Position numbers and translations under genes: made by a program. This document shows, in pieces, positions 12,201-24,200 of a stretch of 64,000 nucleotides of DNA. Under the pieces are notes generated by a model. That model saw only the letters and a program-made list of their open reading frames with translations. It was not told where the DNA came from and ran no database searches. Where the stretch lies: NCBI GenBank assembly GCA_002269645.1, contig NIVC01002165.1:156235-220234 (forward strand), given 5' to 3'. The stretch is from Macrostomum lignano. Lineage: Eukaryota. How positions within the stretch are numbered: position 1 is the stretch's first letter; the number at the start of each line of letters is the position of its first letter.

Positions 12201-15200
12201 CAGGAGTTTAGGGGCGGATGATCAGGAGTTGAGGGCGGATGGTCAGGAGTTGAGGGCGGATGGTCAGGAGTTGAGGGCGGATGGTCAGGAGTTGAGGGGC
12301 GGATGATCAGGAGTTAAGGGCGGATGATCAGGAGTTGAGGGGCGGATGATCAGGAGTTGAGGGGCGGCGGGGCGGAGGATTTTAATATGCACTAAAGAGG
12401 ACGCGATGACCTTTTTTAATGTCTATCGTTAATCAATATTTTTTAGTTGGAAATAATGTCTAACAACTATAGCATTATCTCGGTTTATAGTTAAGATAGC
12501 AAAATACTAGCGGAACTTGGCCGCCTTCCACACGCATGCCATTGTCGCTTATTTGTCTGTCCAGAGGGCGTCTCTTAGCATTAGGGCTCGTGCCTTCAGA
12601 CTGGATTCCTTATTGCGTCTGTCGGACACATTAGCTTTGTCTACTGGATTTGATGCAGCAGTGCTGTTCAGTGCACTTCCGTGAACTCCAGTTTCAATTA
12701 CAATTGCTACTATGTAGGTCTAGAAGTCCTTGAACTCCTGTTTCCATCCCAAATGCTAGTATGTAGGTCTAGATGTCCTTAAACTTCAGTTTCCATTCCA
12801 AATGCTAGTATGTAGGTCTAGAAGTCCTTGAACTCCAGTTTCCATTCCAAATGCTAGTATGTAGGTCTAGAAGTCCTTGAACTCCAGTTTCCATTCCAAA
12901 TGCTAGTATGTAGGTCTAGAAGTCCTTGAACTCCAGTTTCCATTCCAAATGCTAGTATGTAGGTCTAGAAGTCCTTGAACTCCAGTTTCCATTCCAAATG
13001 CTAGTATGTAGGTCTAGAAGTCCTTGAACTTCAGTTTCCATTCCAAATGCTAGTATGTAGTAGTAGTACATAGTAGTATATACTACATACAAATGCTAGT
13101 ATGTAGGTCTAGAAGTCCTTGAACTCCAGTTTCCATTCCAAATGCAAGTATGTAGATCTACTCGTAGAAGTCCTTGAACTCCAGTTTCCACTCTGAACGT
13201 TCAGTATCGCCGCCCACAATCTCCAGCGTCCATTTCGAATGCTATCAGGGTAGATCTAGAAGGAAACGGGACACTGCCTGCTGCACACTTGCGCCTTCCG
13301 GTTCCTCCGCTCCACCCGAGTGCAGGCCGTGAATGGGCGGCGAAATTGCTTATTCACTGCAGTCCCATCAGCGCTTCGTGTCATTCGGCCCGGCCAGACT
13401 GTGTTGGGGGGGGGGGGTGTTTGCCTGATCATATTCTCCGCTTTTCTGCGGCGCCTGCCGTGTCGCTGATTGCCTTGGCGGATTTTTCCACTTATGACTG
13501 CTTGCTTATAGCTCAGCTGCTGTGCTTTCGCGCCTTTGCTCGCTACAAATTCGTCATGGATAACATTTTTTATATTCCCTGCTCCCTCCCGCTCCTTTTT
13601 CCGCTCCCTCCTGCTCCGTTCCCCGCTCCCTCCCGCTCCTTTTTTCCGCTCCCTCCTGCTCCGTTCCCCGCTCCCTCCTGCTCCGTTCCCCTCTCTCTCC
13701 TGCTCCGTTCCCCTCTCTCTCCTGCTCCGTTCTCCGCTCCCTCCTGCTCCGTTCTCCGCTCCCTCCTGCTCCGTTCTCCGCTCCCTCCTGCTCCGTTCTC
13801 CGCTCCCTCCTGCTCCGTTCCCCACTCCCTCCTGCTCCGTTCTCCGCTCCCTCCTGCTCCGTTCCCCTCTCTCTCCTGCTCCGTTCCCCGCTCCCTCCTG
13901 CTCCGTTCCCCTCTCTCTCCTGCTCCGTTCCCCTCTCTCTCCTGCTCCGTTCTCCGCTCCCTCCTGCTCCGTTCTCCGCTCCCTCCTGCTCCGTTCTCCG
14001 CTCCCTCCTGCTCCGTTCTCCGCTCCTCCTGCTCCTTTCCCCGCTCCCTAATGCTCCGTTCTCCGCTCCCTCCTGCTCCGTTCCCCGCTCCCTTCTTCTC
14101 CGTTCCCCGCTCCCTCCCGCTCCGTTCCCCGCTCCCTCCTTCTCCGTTCCCCGCTCCCTCCTGCTCCGTTCCCCGCTCCCTCCTTCTCCGTTCCCCGCTC
14201 CCTCCTGCTCCGTTCCCCGCTCCCTCCTGCTCCGTTCCCCGCTCCCTCCTGCTCCGTTCCCCGCTCCCTCCTGCTCCGTTCCCCGCTCCCTCCTTCTCCG
14301 TTCCCGCTCCCTCCTTCTCCGTTCCCCGCTCCCTCCTGCTCCGTTCCCGCTCCCTCCTGCTCCGTTCCCCGCTCCCTCCCGCTCCTTTTTCCGCTCCTCC
14401 TGCTCCGTTCCCCGCTCCCTCCTGCTCCGTTCCCCGCTCCCTCCTGCTCCGTTCCCCGCTCCCACCTGCTCCGTTCCCCGCTCCCTCCTGCTCCGTTCCC
14501 CGCTCCCTCCCGCTCCGTTCCCCGCTCCCTCCTGCTCCGTTCCCCGCTCCCTCCTGCTCCGTTCCCCGCTCCCTCCTGCTCCGTTCCCCGCTCCCTCCTG
14601 CTCCTTTCCCCGCTCCCTAATGCTCCGTTCTCCGCTCCCTCCTGCTCCGTTCCCCGCTCCCTTCTTCTCCGTTCTCCGCTCCCTCCTGCTCCGTTCCCCA
14701 CTCCCTCCTGCTCCGTTCTCCGCTCCCTCCTGCTCCGTTCCCCTCTCTCTCCTGCTCCGTTCCCCGCTCCCTCCTGCTCCGTTCCCTCTCTCTCCTGCTC
14801 CGTTCCCCTCTCTCTCCTGCTCCGTTCCCCTCTCTCTCCTGCTCCGTTCCCCTCTCTCTCCTGCTCCGTTCTCCGCTCCTCCTGCTCCGTTCTCCGCTCC
14901 CTCCTGCTCCGTTCTCCGCTCCCTCTTCCGCTCTCTCCCCCGCTCCGCCCTTTCTCTTCCCCGCTCCTTCCTCACCTCCCTACAATTTCTCTCCTCTACT
15001 TTTTCTACGTATCCTGTTTTTCCCTCTGTATCCCTACCGAATGATTGCGGAATTTCTCCCAGCAGTGCCTCCCTGCCTCCTGCCCTGCTTCCAACTCCTA
15101 CGCTCCCCACCGCTACCGATCTTGCCCCCGCAGACCAGTCTATTTGGTGCGGACAGCCCTCAAGTCCTGCTAGTTACTCAATAAAGCCCTTCCGCTCCCG

Positions 15201-18200
15201 AATCCTTGACTAGGCTGTTCTCTCCTGTTTACTTTATTTCTCGATACGTTGAATGTATTTAACACTGATTTAAAGATCAGGAGGGGTTGATAGATATTGG
15301 GAAAATACGTCACGTACAATGACTACATTGCAATCATTTCGATATTAAAGCATCGCGGGAGAAAAAATGCTAAAAATAGCTCGTATATTATATTTTTTAT
15401 CGGCGTGACTTCTGTCTCCCTTCCAGCTTGTCTTATCTTTCGTTTCTGATTGGCTGGTTCATTATTTCTTATCTAAAGGCCTCCAGCGCCAACCCGCTTT
15501 TGGCCCCTGTCCAATCCCAATTTATTCACGGCATAAATTGGGGGCCATAGTCTCGAGATTTCTGCCCCCTGCCTTTTCCAAAATTTATCTGCAATTTCAC
15601 TGCGAATTGACCTTGAATAATGACCTTGAAAAGTTATTTTTAGCACTAGCCTAGCAGCTTAAAGTATTCCCGTTTTAATTTGACTCTGAGGGAAATGACT
15701 TTGTCAGAGTTTGTGGGCTGCTGCTGATGCTGAAATGGTGAAGATATGAGGTGCTCATTTGTTCGGATTGCAACTTGATGATCAGGAGTTGAGGGGCGGA
15801 TGATCAGGAGTTGAGGGCGGATGATCAGGAGTTTAGGGGCGGATGATCAGGAGTTGAGGGGCGGATGATCAGGAGTTTAGGGGCGGATGATCAGGAGTTG
15901 AGGGTCGGATGATCAGGAGTTGAGGGGCGGATGATCAGGAGTTGAGGGGCGGATGATCAGGAGTTGAGGGCGGATGGTCAGGAGTTGAGGGGCGGATGAT
16001 CAGGAGTTTAGGGGCGGATGATCAGGAGTTGAGGGGCGGATGATCAGGAGTTGAGAGGCGGATGATCAGGAGTTGAGGGGCGGATGATCAGGAGTTTAGG
16101 GGCGGATGATCAGGAGTTGAGGGGCGGATGATCAGGAGTTTAGGGGCGGATGGTCAGGAGTTGAGAGGCGGATGATCAGGAGTTGAGGGCGGATGATCAG
16201 GAGTTGAGGGCGGATGATCAGGAGTTGAGGGGCGGATGATCAGGAGTTGAGGGGCGGATGATCAGGAGTTGAGGGGCGGATGATCAGGAGTTGAGGGGCG
16301 GATGATCAGGAGTTGAGGGCGGATGATCAGGAGTTGAGGGGCGGATGATCAGGAGTTGAGGGGCGGATGATCAGGAGTTTAGGGGCGGATGATCAGGAGT
16401 TTAGGGGCGGATGATCAGGAGTTTAGGGGCGGATGATCAGGAGTTTAGGGGCGGATGATCAGGAGTTGAGGGGCGGATGATCAGGAGTTGAGGGGCGGAT
16501 GATCAGGAGTTGAGGGGCGGATGATCAGGAGTTTAGGGGCGGATGATCAGGAGTTGAGAGGCGGATGATCAGGAGTTTAGGGGCGGATGATCAGGAGTTG
16601 AGGGCGGATGATCAGGAGTTGAGGGCGGATGATCAGGAGTTGAGGGGCGGATGATCAGGAGTTGAGGGCGGATGATCAGGAGTTGAGGGGCGGATGATCA
16701 GGAGTTGAGGGGCGGATGATCAGGAGTTTAGGGGCGGATGATCAGGAGTTTAGGGGCGGATGATCAGGAGTTGAGGGCGGATGATCAGGAGTTGAGGGGC
16801 GGATGATCAGGAGTTGAGGGGCGGATGATCAGGAGTTGAGGGGCGGATGATCAGGAGTTGAGGGCGGATGATCAGGAGTTGAGGGGCGGATGATCAGGAG
16901 TTTAGGGGCGGATGATCAGGAGTTTAGGGGCGGATGATCAGGAGTTGAGGGCGGATGATCAGGAGTTGAGGGGCGGATGATCAGGAGTTGAGGGGCGGAT
17001 GATCAGGAGTTGAGGGGCGGATGATCAGGAGTTTAGGGGCGGATGGTCAGGAGTTGAGAGGCGGATGATCAGGAGTTGAGGGGCGGATGATCAGGAGTTT
17101 AGGGGCGGATGATCAGGAGTTGAGGGGCGGATGATCAGGAGTTTAGGGGCGGATGATCAGGAGTTGAGGGCGGATGATCAGGAGTTGAGGGGCGGATGAT
17201 CAGGAGTTGAGGGGCGGATGATCAGGAGTTGAGGGGCGGATGATCAGGAGTTTAGGGGCGGATGATCAGGAGTTGAGGGCGGATGATCAGGAGTTGAGGG
17301 GCGGATGGTCAGGAGTTGAGGGGCGGATGATCAGGAGTTGAGGGTCGGATGATCAGGAGTTGAGGGGCGGATGATCAGGAGTTTAGGGGCGGATGATCAG
17401 GAGTTGAGGGCGGATGGTCAGGAGTTGAGGGGCGGATGATCAGGAGTTTAGGGGCGGATGATCAGGAGTTGAGGGGCGGATGATCAGGAGTTGAGAGGCG
17501 GATGATCAGGAGTTGAGGGGCGGATGATCAGGAGTTTAGGGGCGGATGATCAGGAGTTGAGGGGCGGATGATCAGGAGTTTAGGGGCGGATGGTCAGGAG
17601 TTGAGAGGCGGATGATCAGGAGTTGAGGGGCGGATGATCAGGAGTTTAGGGGCGGATGATCAGGAGTTGAGGGGCGGATGATCAGGAGTTGAGGGGCGGA
17701 TGATCAGGAGTTGAGGGGCGGATGATCAGGAGTTGAGGGGCGGATGATCAGGAGTTGAGGGCGGATGATCAGGAGTTGAGGGGCGGATGATCAGGAGTTG
17801 AGGGGCGGATGATCAGGAGTTTAGGGGCGGATGATCAGGAGTTGAGGGCGGATGGTCAGGAGTTGAGGGGCGGATGATCAGGAGTTGAGGGGCGGATGAT
17901 CAGGAGTTGAGGGGCGGATGATCAGGAGTTGAGGGCGGATGATCAGGAGTTGAGGGCGGATGATCAGGAGTTGAGGGGCGGATGATCAGGAGTTGAGGGG
18001 CGGATGATCAGGAGTTTAGGGGCGGATGATCAGGAGTTGAGGGCGGATGGTCAGGAGTTGAGGGGCGGATGATCAGGAGTTTAGGGGCGGATGATCAGGA
18101 GTTGAGGGGCGGATGATCAGGAGTTGAGGGGCGGATGATCAGGAGTTTAGGGGCGGATGATCAGGAGTTGAGAGGCGGATGATCAGGAGTTTAGGGGCGG

Positions 18201-21200
18201 ATGATCAGGAGTTGAGGGCGGATGATCAGGAGTTGAGGGGCGGATGATCAGGAGTTGAGGGGCGGATGATCAGGAGTTTAGGGGCGGATGATCAGGAGTT
18301 GAGGGCGGATGGTCAGGAGTTGAGGGGCGGATGATCAGGAGTTTAGGGCGGATGATCAGGAGTTGAGGGCGGATGATCAGGAGTTGAGAGGCGGATGATC
18401 AGGAGTTGAGGGGCGGATGATCAGGAGTTGAGGGGCGGATGATCAGGAGTTTAGGGGCGGATGATCAGGAGTTGAGAGGCGAATGATCAGGAGTTGAGGG
18501 GCGGATGATCAGGAGTTGAGGGCGGATGATCAGGAGTTGAGGGTCGGATGATCAGGAGTTGAGGGGCGGATGATCAGGAGTTTAGGGGCGGATGATCAGG
18601 AGTTGAGGGCGGATGGTCAGGAGTTGAGGGGCGGATGATCAGGAGTTTAGGGGCGGATGATCAGGAGTTGAGGGGCGGATGATCAGGAGTTGAGGGGCGG
18701 ATGATCAGGAGTTTAGGGGCGGATGATCAGGAGTTGAGGGCGGATGATCAGGAGTTGAGGGGCGGATGATCAGGAGTTTAGGGGCGGATGATCAGGAGTT
18801 TAGGGGCGGATGATCAGGAGTTTAGGGGCGGATGATCAGGAGTTGAGAGGCGGATGATCAGGAGTTGAGGGGCGGATGATCAGGAGTTGAGGGGCGGATG
18901 ATCAGGAGTTGAGGGGCGGATGATCAGGAGTTGAGGGGCGGATGATCAGGAGTTTAGGGGCGGATGATCAGGAGTTGAGGGCGGATGGTCAGGAGTTGAG
19001 GGGCGGATGATCAGGAGTTGAGGGGCGGATGATCAGGAGTTGAGGGCGGATGATCAGGAGTTGAGGGGCGGATGATCAGGAGTTGAGGGGCGGATGATCA
19101 GGAGTTTAGGGCGGATGATCAGGAGTTGAGGGCGGATGGTCAGGAGTTGAGGGCGGATGGTCAGGAGTTGAGGGCGGATGGTCAGGAGTTGAGGGGCGGA
19201 TGATCAGGAGTTAAGGGGCGGATGATCAGGAGTTGAGGGGCGGATGATCAGGAGTTGAGGGGCGGCGGGGGCGGAGGATTTTAATATGCACTAAAGAGGA
19301 CGCGATGACCTTTTTTAATGTCTATCGTTAATCAATATTTTTTAGTTGGAAATAATGTCTAACAACTATAGCATTATCTCGGTTTATAGTTAAGATAGCA
19401 AAATACTAGCGGAACTTGGCCGCCTTCCACACGCATGCCATTGTCGCTTATTTGTCTGTCCAGAGGGCGTCTCTTAGCATTAGGGCTCGTGCCTTCAGAC
19501 TGGATTCCTTATTGCGTCTGTCGGACACATTAGCTTTGTCTACTGGATTTGATGCAGCAGTGCTGTTCAGTGCACTTCCGTGAACTCCAGTTTCAATTAC
19601 AATTGCTACTATGTAGGTCTAGAAGTCCTTGAACTCCTGTTTCCATCCCAAATGCTAGTATGTAGGTCTAGATGTCCTTAAACTTCAGTTTCCATTCCAA
19701 ATGCTAGTATGTAGGTCTAGAAGTCCTTGAACTCCAGTTTCCATTCCAAATGCTAGTATGTAGGTCTAGAAGTCCTTGAACTCCAGTTTCCATTCCAAAT
19801 GCTAGTATGTAGGTCTAGAAGTCCTTGAACTCCAGTTTCCATTCCAAATGCTAGTATGTAGGTCTAGAAGTCCTTGAACTCCAGTTTCCATTCCAAATGC
19901 TAGTATGTAGGTCTAGAAGTCCTTGAACTTCAGTTTCCATTCCAAATGCTAGTATGTAGTAGTAGTACATAGTAGTATATACTACATACAAATGCTAGTA
20001 TGTAGGTCTAGAAGTCCTTGAACTCCAGTTTCCATTCCAAATGCAAGTATGTAGATCTACTCGTAGAAGTCCTTGAACTCCAGTTTCCACTCTGAACGTT
20101 CAGTATCGCCGCCCACAATCTCCAGCGTCCATTTCGAATGCTATCAGGGTAGATCTAGAAGGAAACGGGACACTGCCTGCTGCACACTTGCGCCTTCCGG
20201 TTCCTCCGCTCCACCCGAGTGCAGGCCGTGAATGGGCGGCGAAATTGCTTATTCACTGCAGTCCCATCAGCGCTTCGTGTCATTCGGCCCGGCCAGACTG
20301 TGTTGGGGGGGGGGGTGTTTGCCTGATCATATTCTCCGCTTTTCTGCGGCGCCTGCCGTGTCGCTGATTGCCTTGGCGGATTTTTCCACTTATGACTGCT
20401 TGCTTATAGCTCAGCTGCTGTGCTTTCGCGCCTTTGCTCGCTACAAATTCGTCATGGATAACATTTTTTATATTCCCTGCTCCCTCCCGCTCCTTTTTCC
20501 GCTCCCTCCTGCTCCGTTCCCCGCTCCCTCCCGCTCCTTTTTTCCGCTCCCTCCTGCTCCGTTCCCCGCTCCCTCCTGCTCCGTTCCCCTCTCTCTCCTG
20601 CTCCGTTCCCCTCTCTCTCCTGCTCCGTTCTCCGCTCCCTCCTGCTCCGTTCTCCGCTCCCTCCTGCTCCGTTCTCCGCTCCCTCCTGCTCCGTTCTCCG
20701 CTCCCTCCTGCTCCGTTCCCCACTCCCTCCTGCTCCGTTCTCCGCTCCCTCCTGCTCCGTTCCCCTCTCTCTCCTGCTCCGTTCCCCGCTCCCTCCTGCT
20801 CCGTTCCCCTCTCTCTCCTGCTCCGTTCCCCTCTCTCTCCTGCTCCGTTCTCCGCTCCCTCCTGCTCCGTTCTCCGCTCCCTCCTGCTCCGTTCTCCGCT
20901 CCCTCCTGCTCCGTTCTCCGCTCCCTCCTGCTCCTTTCCCCGCTCCCTAATGCTCCGTTCTCCGCTCCCTCCTGCTCCGTTCCCCGCTCCCTTCTTCTCC
21001 GTTCCCCGCTCCCTCCCGCTCCGTTCCCCGCTCCCTCCTTCTCCGTTCCCCGCTCCCTCCTGCTCCGTTCCCCGCTCCCTCCTTCTCCGTTCCCCGCTCC
21101 CTCCTGCTCCGTTCCCCGCTCCTCCTGCTCCGTTCCCCGCTCCCTCCTGCTCCGTTCCCCGCTCCTCCTGCTCCGTTCCCCGCTCCCTCCTTCTCCGTTC

Positions 21201-24200
21201 CCCGCTCCCTCCTTCTCCGTTCCCCGCTCCCTCCTGCTCCGTTCCCCGCTCCCTCCTGCTCCGTTCCCCGCTCCCTCCCGCTCCTTTTTCCGCTCCCTCC
21301 TGCTCCGTTCCCCGCTCCCTCCTGCTCCGTTCCCCGCTCCCTCCTGCTCCGTTCCCCGCTCCCACCTGCTCCGTTCCCCGCTCCCTCCTGCTCCGTTCCC
21401 CGCTCCCTCCCGCTCCGTTCCCCGCTCCCTCCTGCTCCGTTCCCCGCTCCCTCCTGCTCCGTTCCCCGCTCCCTCCTGCTCCGTTCCCCGCTCCCTCCTG
21501 CTCCTTTCCCCGCTCCCTAATGCTCCGTTCTCCGCTCCCTCCTGCTCCGTTCCCCGCTCCCTTCTTCTCCGTTCTCCGCTCCCTCCTGCTCCGTTCCCCA
21601 CTCCCTCCTGCTCCGTTCTCCGCTCCCTCCTGCTCCGTTCCCCTCTCTCTCCTGCTCCGTTCCCCGCTCCCTCCTGCTCCGTTCCCCTCTCTCTCCTGCT
21701 CCGTTCCCCTCTCTCTCCTGCTCCGTTCCCCTCTCTCTCCTGCTCCGTTCCCCTCTCTCTCCTGCTCCGTTCTCCGCTCCCTCCTGCTCCGTTCTCCGCT
21801 CCCTCCTGCTCCGTTCTCCGCTCCCTCTTCCGCTCTCTCCCCCGCTCCGCCCTTTCTCTTCCCCGCTCCTTCCTCACCTCCCTACAATTTCTCTCCTCTA
21901 CTTTTTCTACGTATCCTGTTTTTCCCTCTGTATCCCTACCGAATGATTGCGGAATTTCTCCCAGCAGTGCCTCCCTGCCTCCTGCCCTGCTTCCAACTCC
22001 TACGCTCCCCACCGCTACCGATCTTGCCCCCGCAGACCAGTCTATTTGGTGCGGACAGCCCTCAAGTCCTGCTAGTTACTCAATAAAGCCCTTCCGCTCC
22101 CGAATCCTTGACTAGGCTGTTCTCTCCTGTTTACTTTATTTCTCGATACGTTTGAAATGTTTACCCTTTATTTAAGAATAACACTGCAAAAAATCCTAGC
22201 TAAAGTCTGCGCGAAAAAAATGGATTCAAAATTCCTAACGCGAAACAATCATATTTTTCGATGCACTTTTACAGTTTTACCGCCCACTAGCAACCCATTT
22301 CGGATTTATGGATTTATTTATGCAAATTTATGGATTATTCGATAAAAAAGCATTGAAAAGGTTATCTTGAGTCTCGAAAAGTTGACTATGCTGAAAAATT
22401 GTTTTATTCCGAATCGGCTTGAAAACCCAGGGGTGGCATTGTGTTATAATTAGCTAATATCAGTTTGCATAGAAGGAAAAATTGTGTTGGCCTACTTTGG
22501 CGAAATGCTTTTCTTCTGGGCAAAGAAAACACAAAAAAGACTAAACAGGAGAAACCGCAGAAGCCCAGCACTGTGCATGTATTCAGCATGGATTCAGAGA
22601 CGGCGCCATCCAGAGACAAGGGGTGACGTGCCGATGCTTTAAACTATTAAAACCTGCGAGCAACTTAATGGAAATTCAGAATTTTTCTTTGGGACGCCAG
22701 GTGTCTGCGGCGCCAAAATCAGAGCAATTGGCGCCAAAATCAGAGCAATTAACGCCAAAATCAGAGCAATTGGCGCCAATCCAAAATCAAAGCAATTGGC
22801 GCCAAAATCAGAGCAATTGGCGCCAAAATCAGAGCAATTGGCACCAAAATCAGAGCAATTGGCGCCAATCCAAAATCAAAGCAATTGGCGCCAAAATCAG
22901 AGCTTGTGGCGCCAAAATCAGAGCCTGTGGCGCCAAAATCAGAACCTGTGCTGCCAAAATCAGAGCTTGTGGCGCCAACATCATAGCCTGTGGCGCCAAA
23001 ATCAGAGCTTGTGGCGCCAAAATCAGAGCCTGTGGCGCCAAAATCAGAGCCTGTGGCGCCAAAATCAGAGCCTGCGGCGCCAAAACTTGGCACTTTTGTC
23101 GTGCGATTTACAGCCACGAGAGCCAAAGCCCAAAGGCACAGAGAGTGTACATGCCTGACGATTAGCAAGTCAGGCCCGCTGTACACCCTGTGTGAGCGTG
23201 TGTATGAGTGCGTGCCTGCCTACGAGTACAGTATTGGCGCGCCTGTATGTGCTCAGGAGTCAGCGGACGCTGTCGCCGATGGCGTTGCGCCAGGGAGCCC
23301 ACAGATCTGAAATCATCATCATCCTATTCCCCCCGCAAGGCCCTCAGCAGCTGGCACAGATTGATTATTTCGAACCCGCAGGACGGCAGCACAACGCCAG
23401 CAGCTCGGACACGCGCCATCAATCTCGCGACCGGCTGCTCCACCTCGCCACCCTGCAGACCGCCGACACCGGCCTGGAGGTGTCGCTGCTGCCCGCGGCC
23501 GGGTCCATCCGCCTCCGATTGCTGGTGGCTCGCCGACGGCCGGCGGAAGCGACGCTGCACGCGGTGCTGCCGCCGAACTGCTGGTGCCACGCCACCGTCG
23601 CCTGCGCTCCGCCAGTTAAACGGAGCGGCGGCGGAGTCGTCAGCAGGGCTGGCGGCGGCGGCTACTCCACTACGGTTGTGGTGACGGTGAACGGACTGGC
23701 CGCCCACCAGGCTACGCTGGAGCACGATTCCATCAGCCAAGAGGCCAAGGCCTGCGTGCGGCTCCGTCTGGGTCACGTGACTGTCGATGCCCCGGCTGCC
23801 GGCGGAATCGGCGGCGGCGGCGGCTCTACAGCTGCTGCTGATGGCCAGTATCAGATTGGCGGAGTGGCGCTGTTCAAAGGTGAGACTGCTGTTGGGGTTT
23901 TTCGGACTTCTCAGATCCTCAGTTGCTGGGTCACCCACAAAAACTCCCAGATCATCGGTTGCTGGGCCAGCCTCCCAGATCCTCAGTTTCTGGGCCAGCC
24001 TTCCAGATCCTCAGTTGCTGGGCCAGCCTCCCAGATCCTCAGTTGCTGGGCCAGCCTCCCAGATCCTCAGTTTCTGGGCCAGCCTCCCAGATCCTCAGTT
24101 TCTGGGCCAGCCTCCCAGATCCTCAGTTGCTGGGCCAGCCTCCCAGATCCTCAGTTGCTGGGCCAGCCTCCCAGATACTCAGTTGCTGGGCCAGCCTCCC

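Larger units (their letters stand above)
8349..22148. repeat. 6.9-kb direct tandem duplication (8349-15246 and 15247-22148) inside LYST intron 5380-23339
   Basis: Both units begin CGTTGAATGTATTTAACACTG and end TTTCTCGATA. CGTT occurs at all three junctions. In the segments I compared, copies differ only in homopolymer length. Confidence 0.92.

Noticed and set aside
13230-15246. LTR or extra LYST exon inside the 6.9-kb duplicated unit
   Set aside because: AATAAA-like signals are present but there are no TG..CA termini, PBS or PPT; the flanking LYST exons join in phase without it
23140-23190. Hammerhead ribozyme suggested by CTGACGA..(G)AAA in the dispersed repeat
   Set aside because: No usable stem II, no stem III/UH cleavage site, and GAAA is not conserved across copies; the segment folds as a simple hairpin
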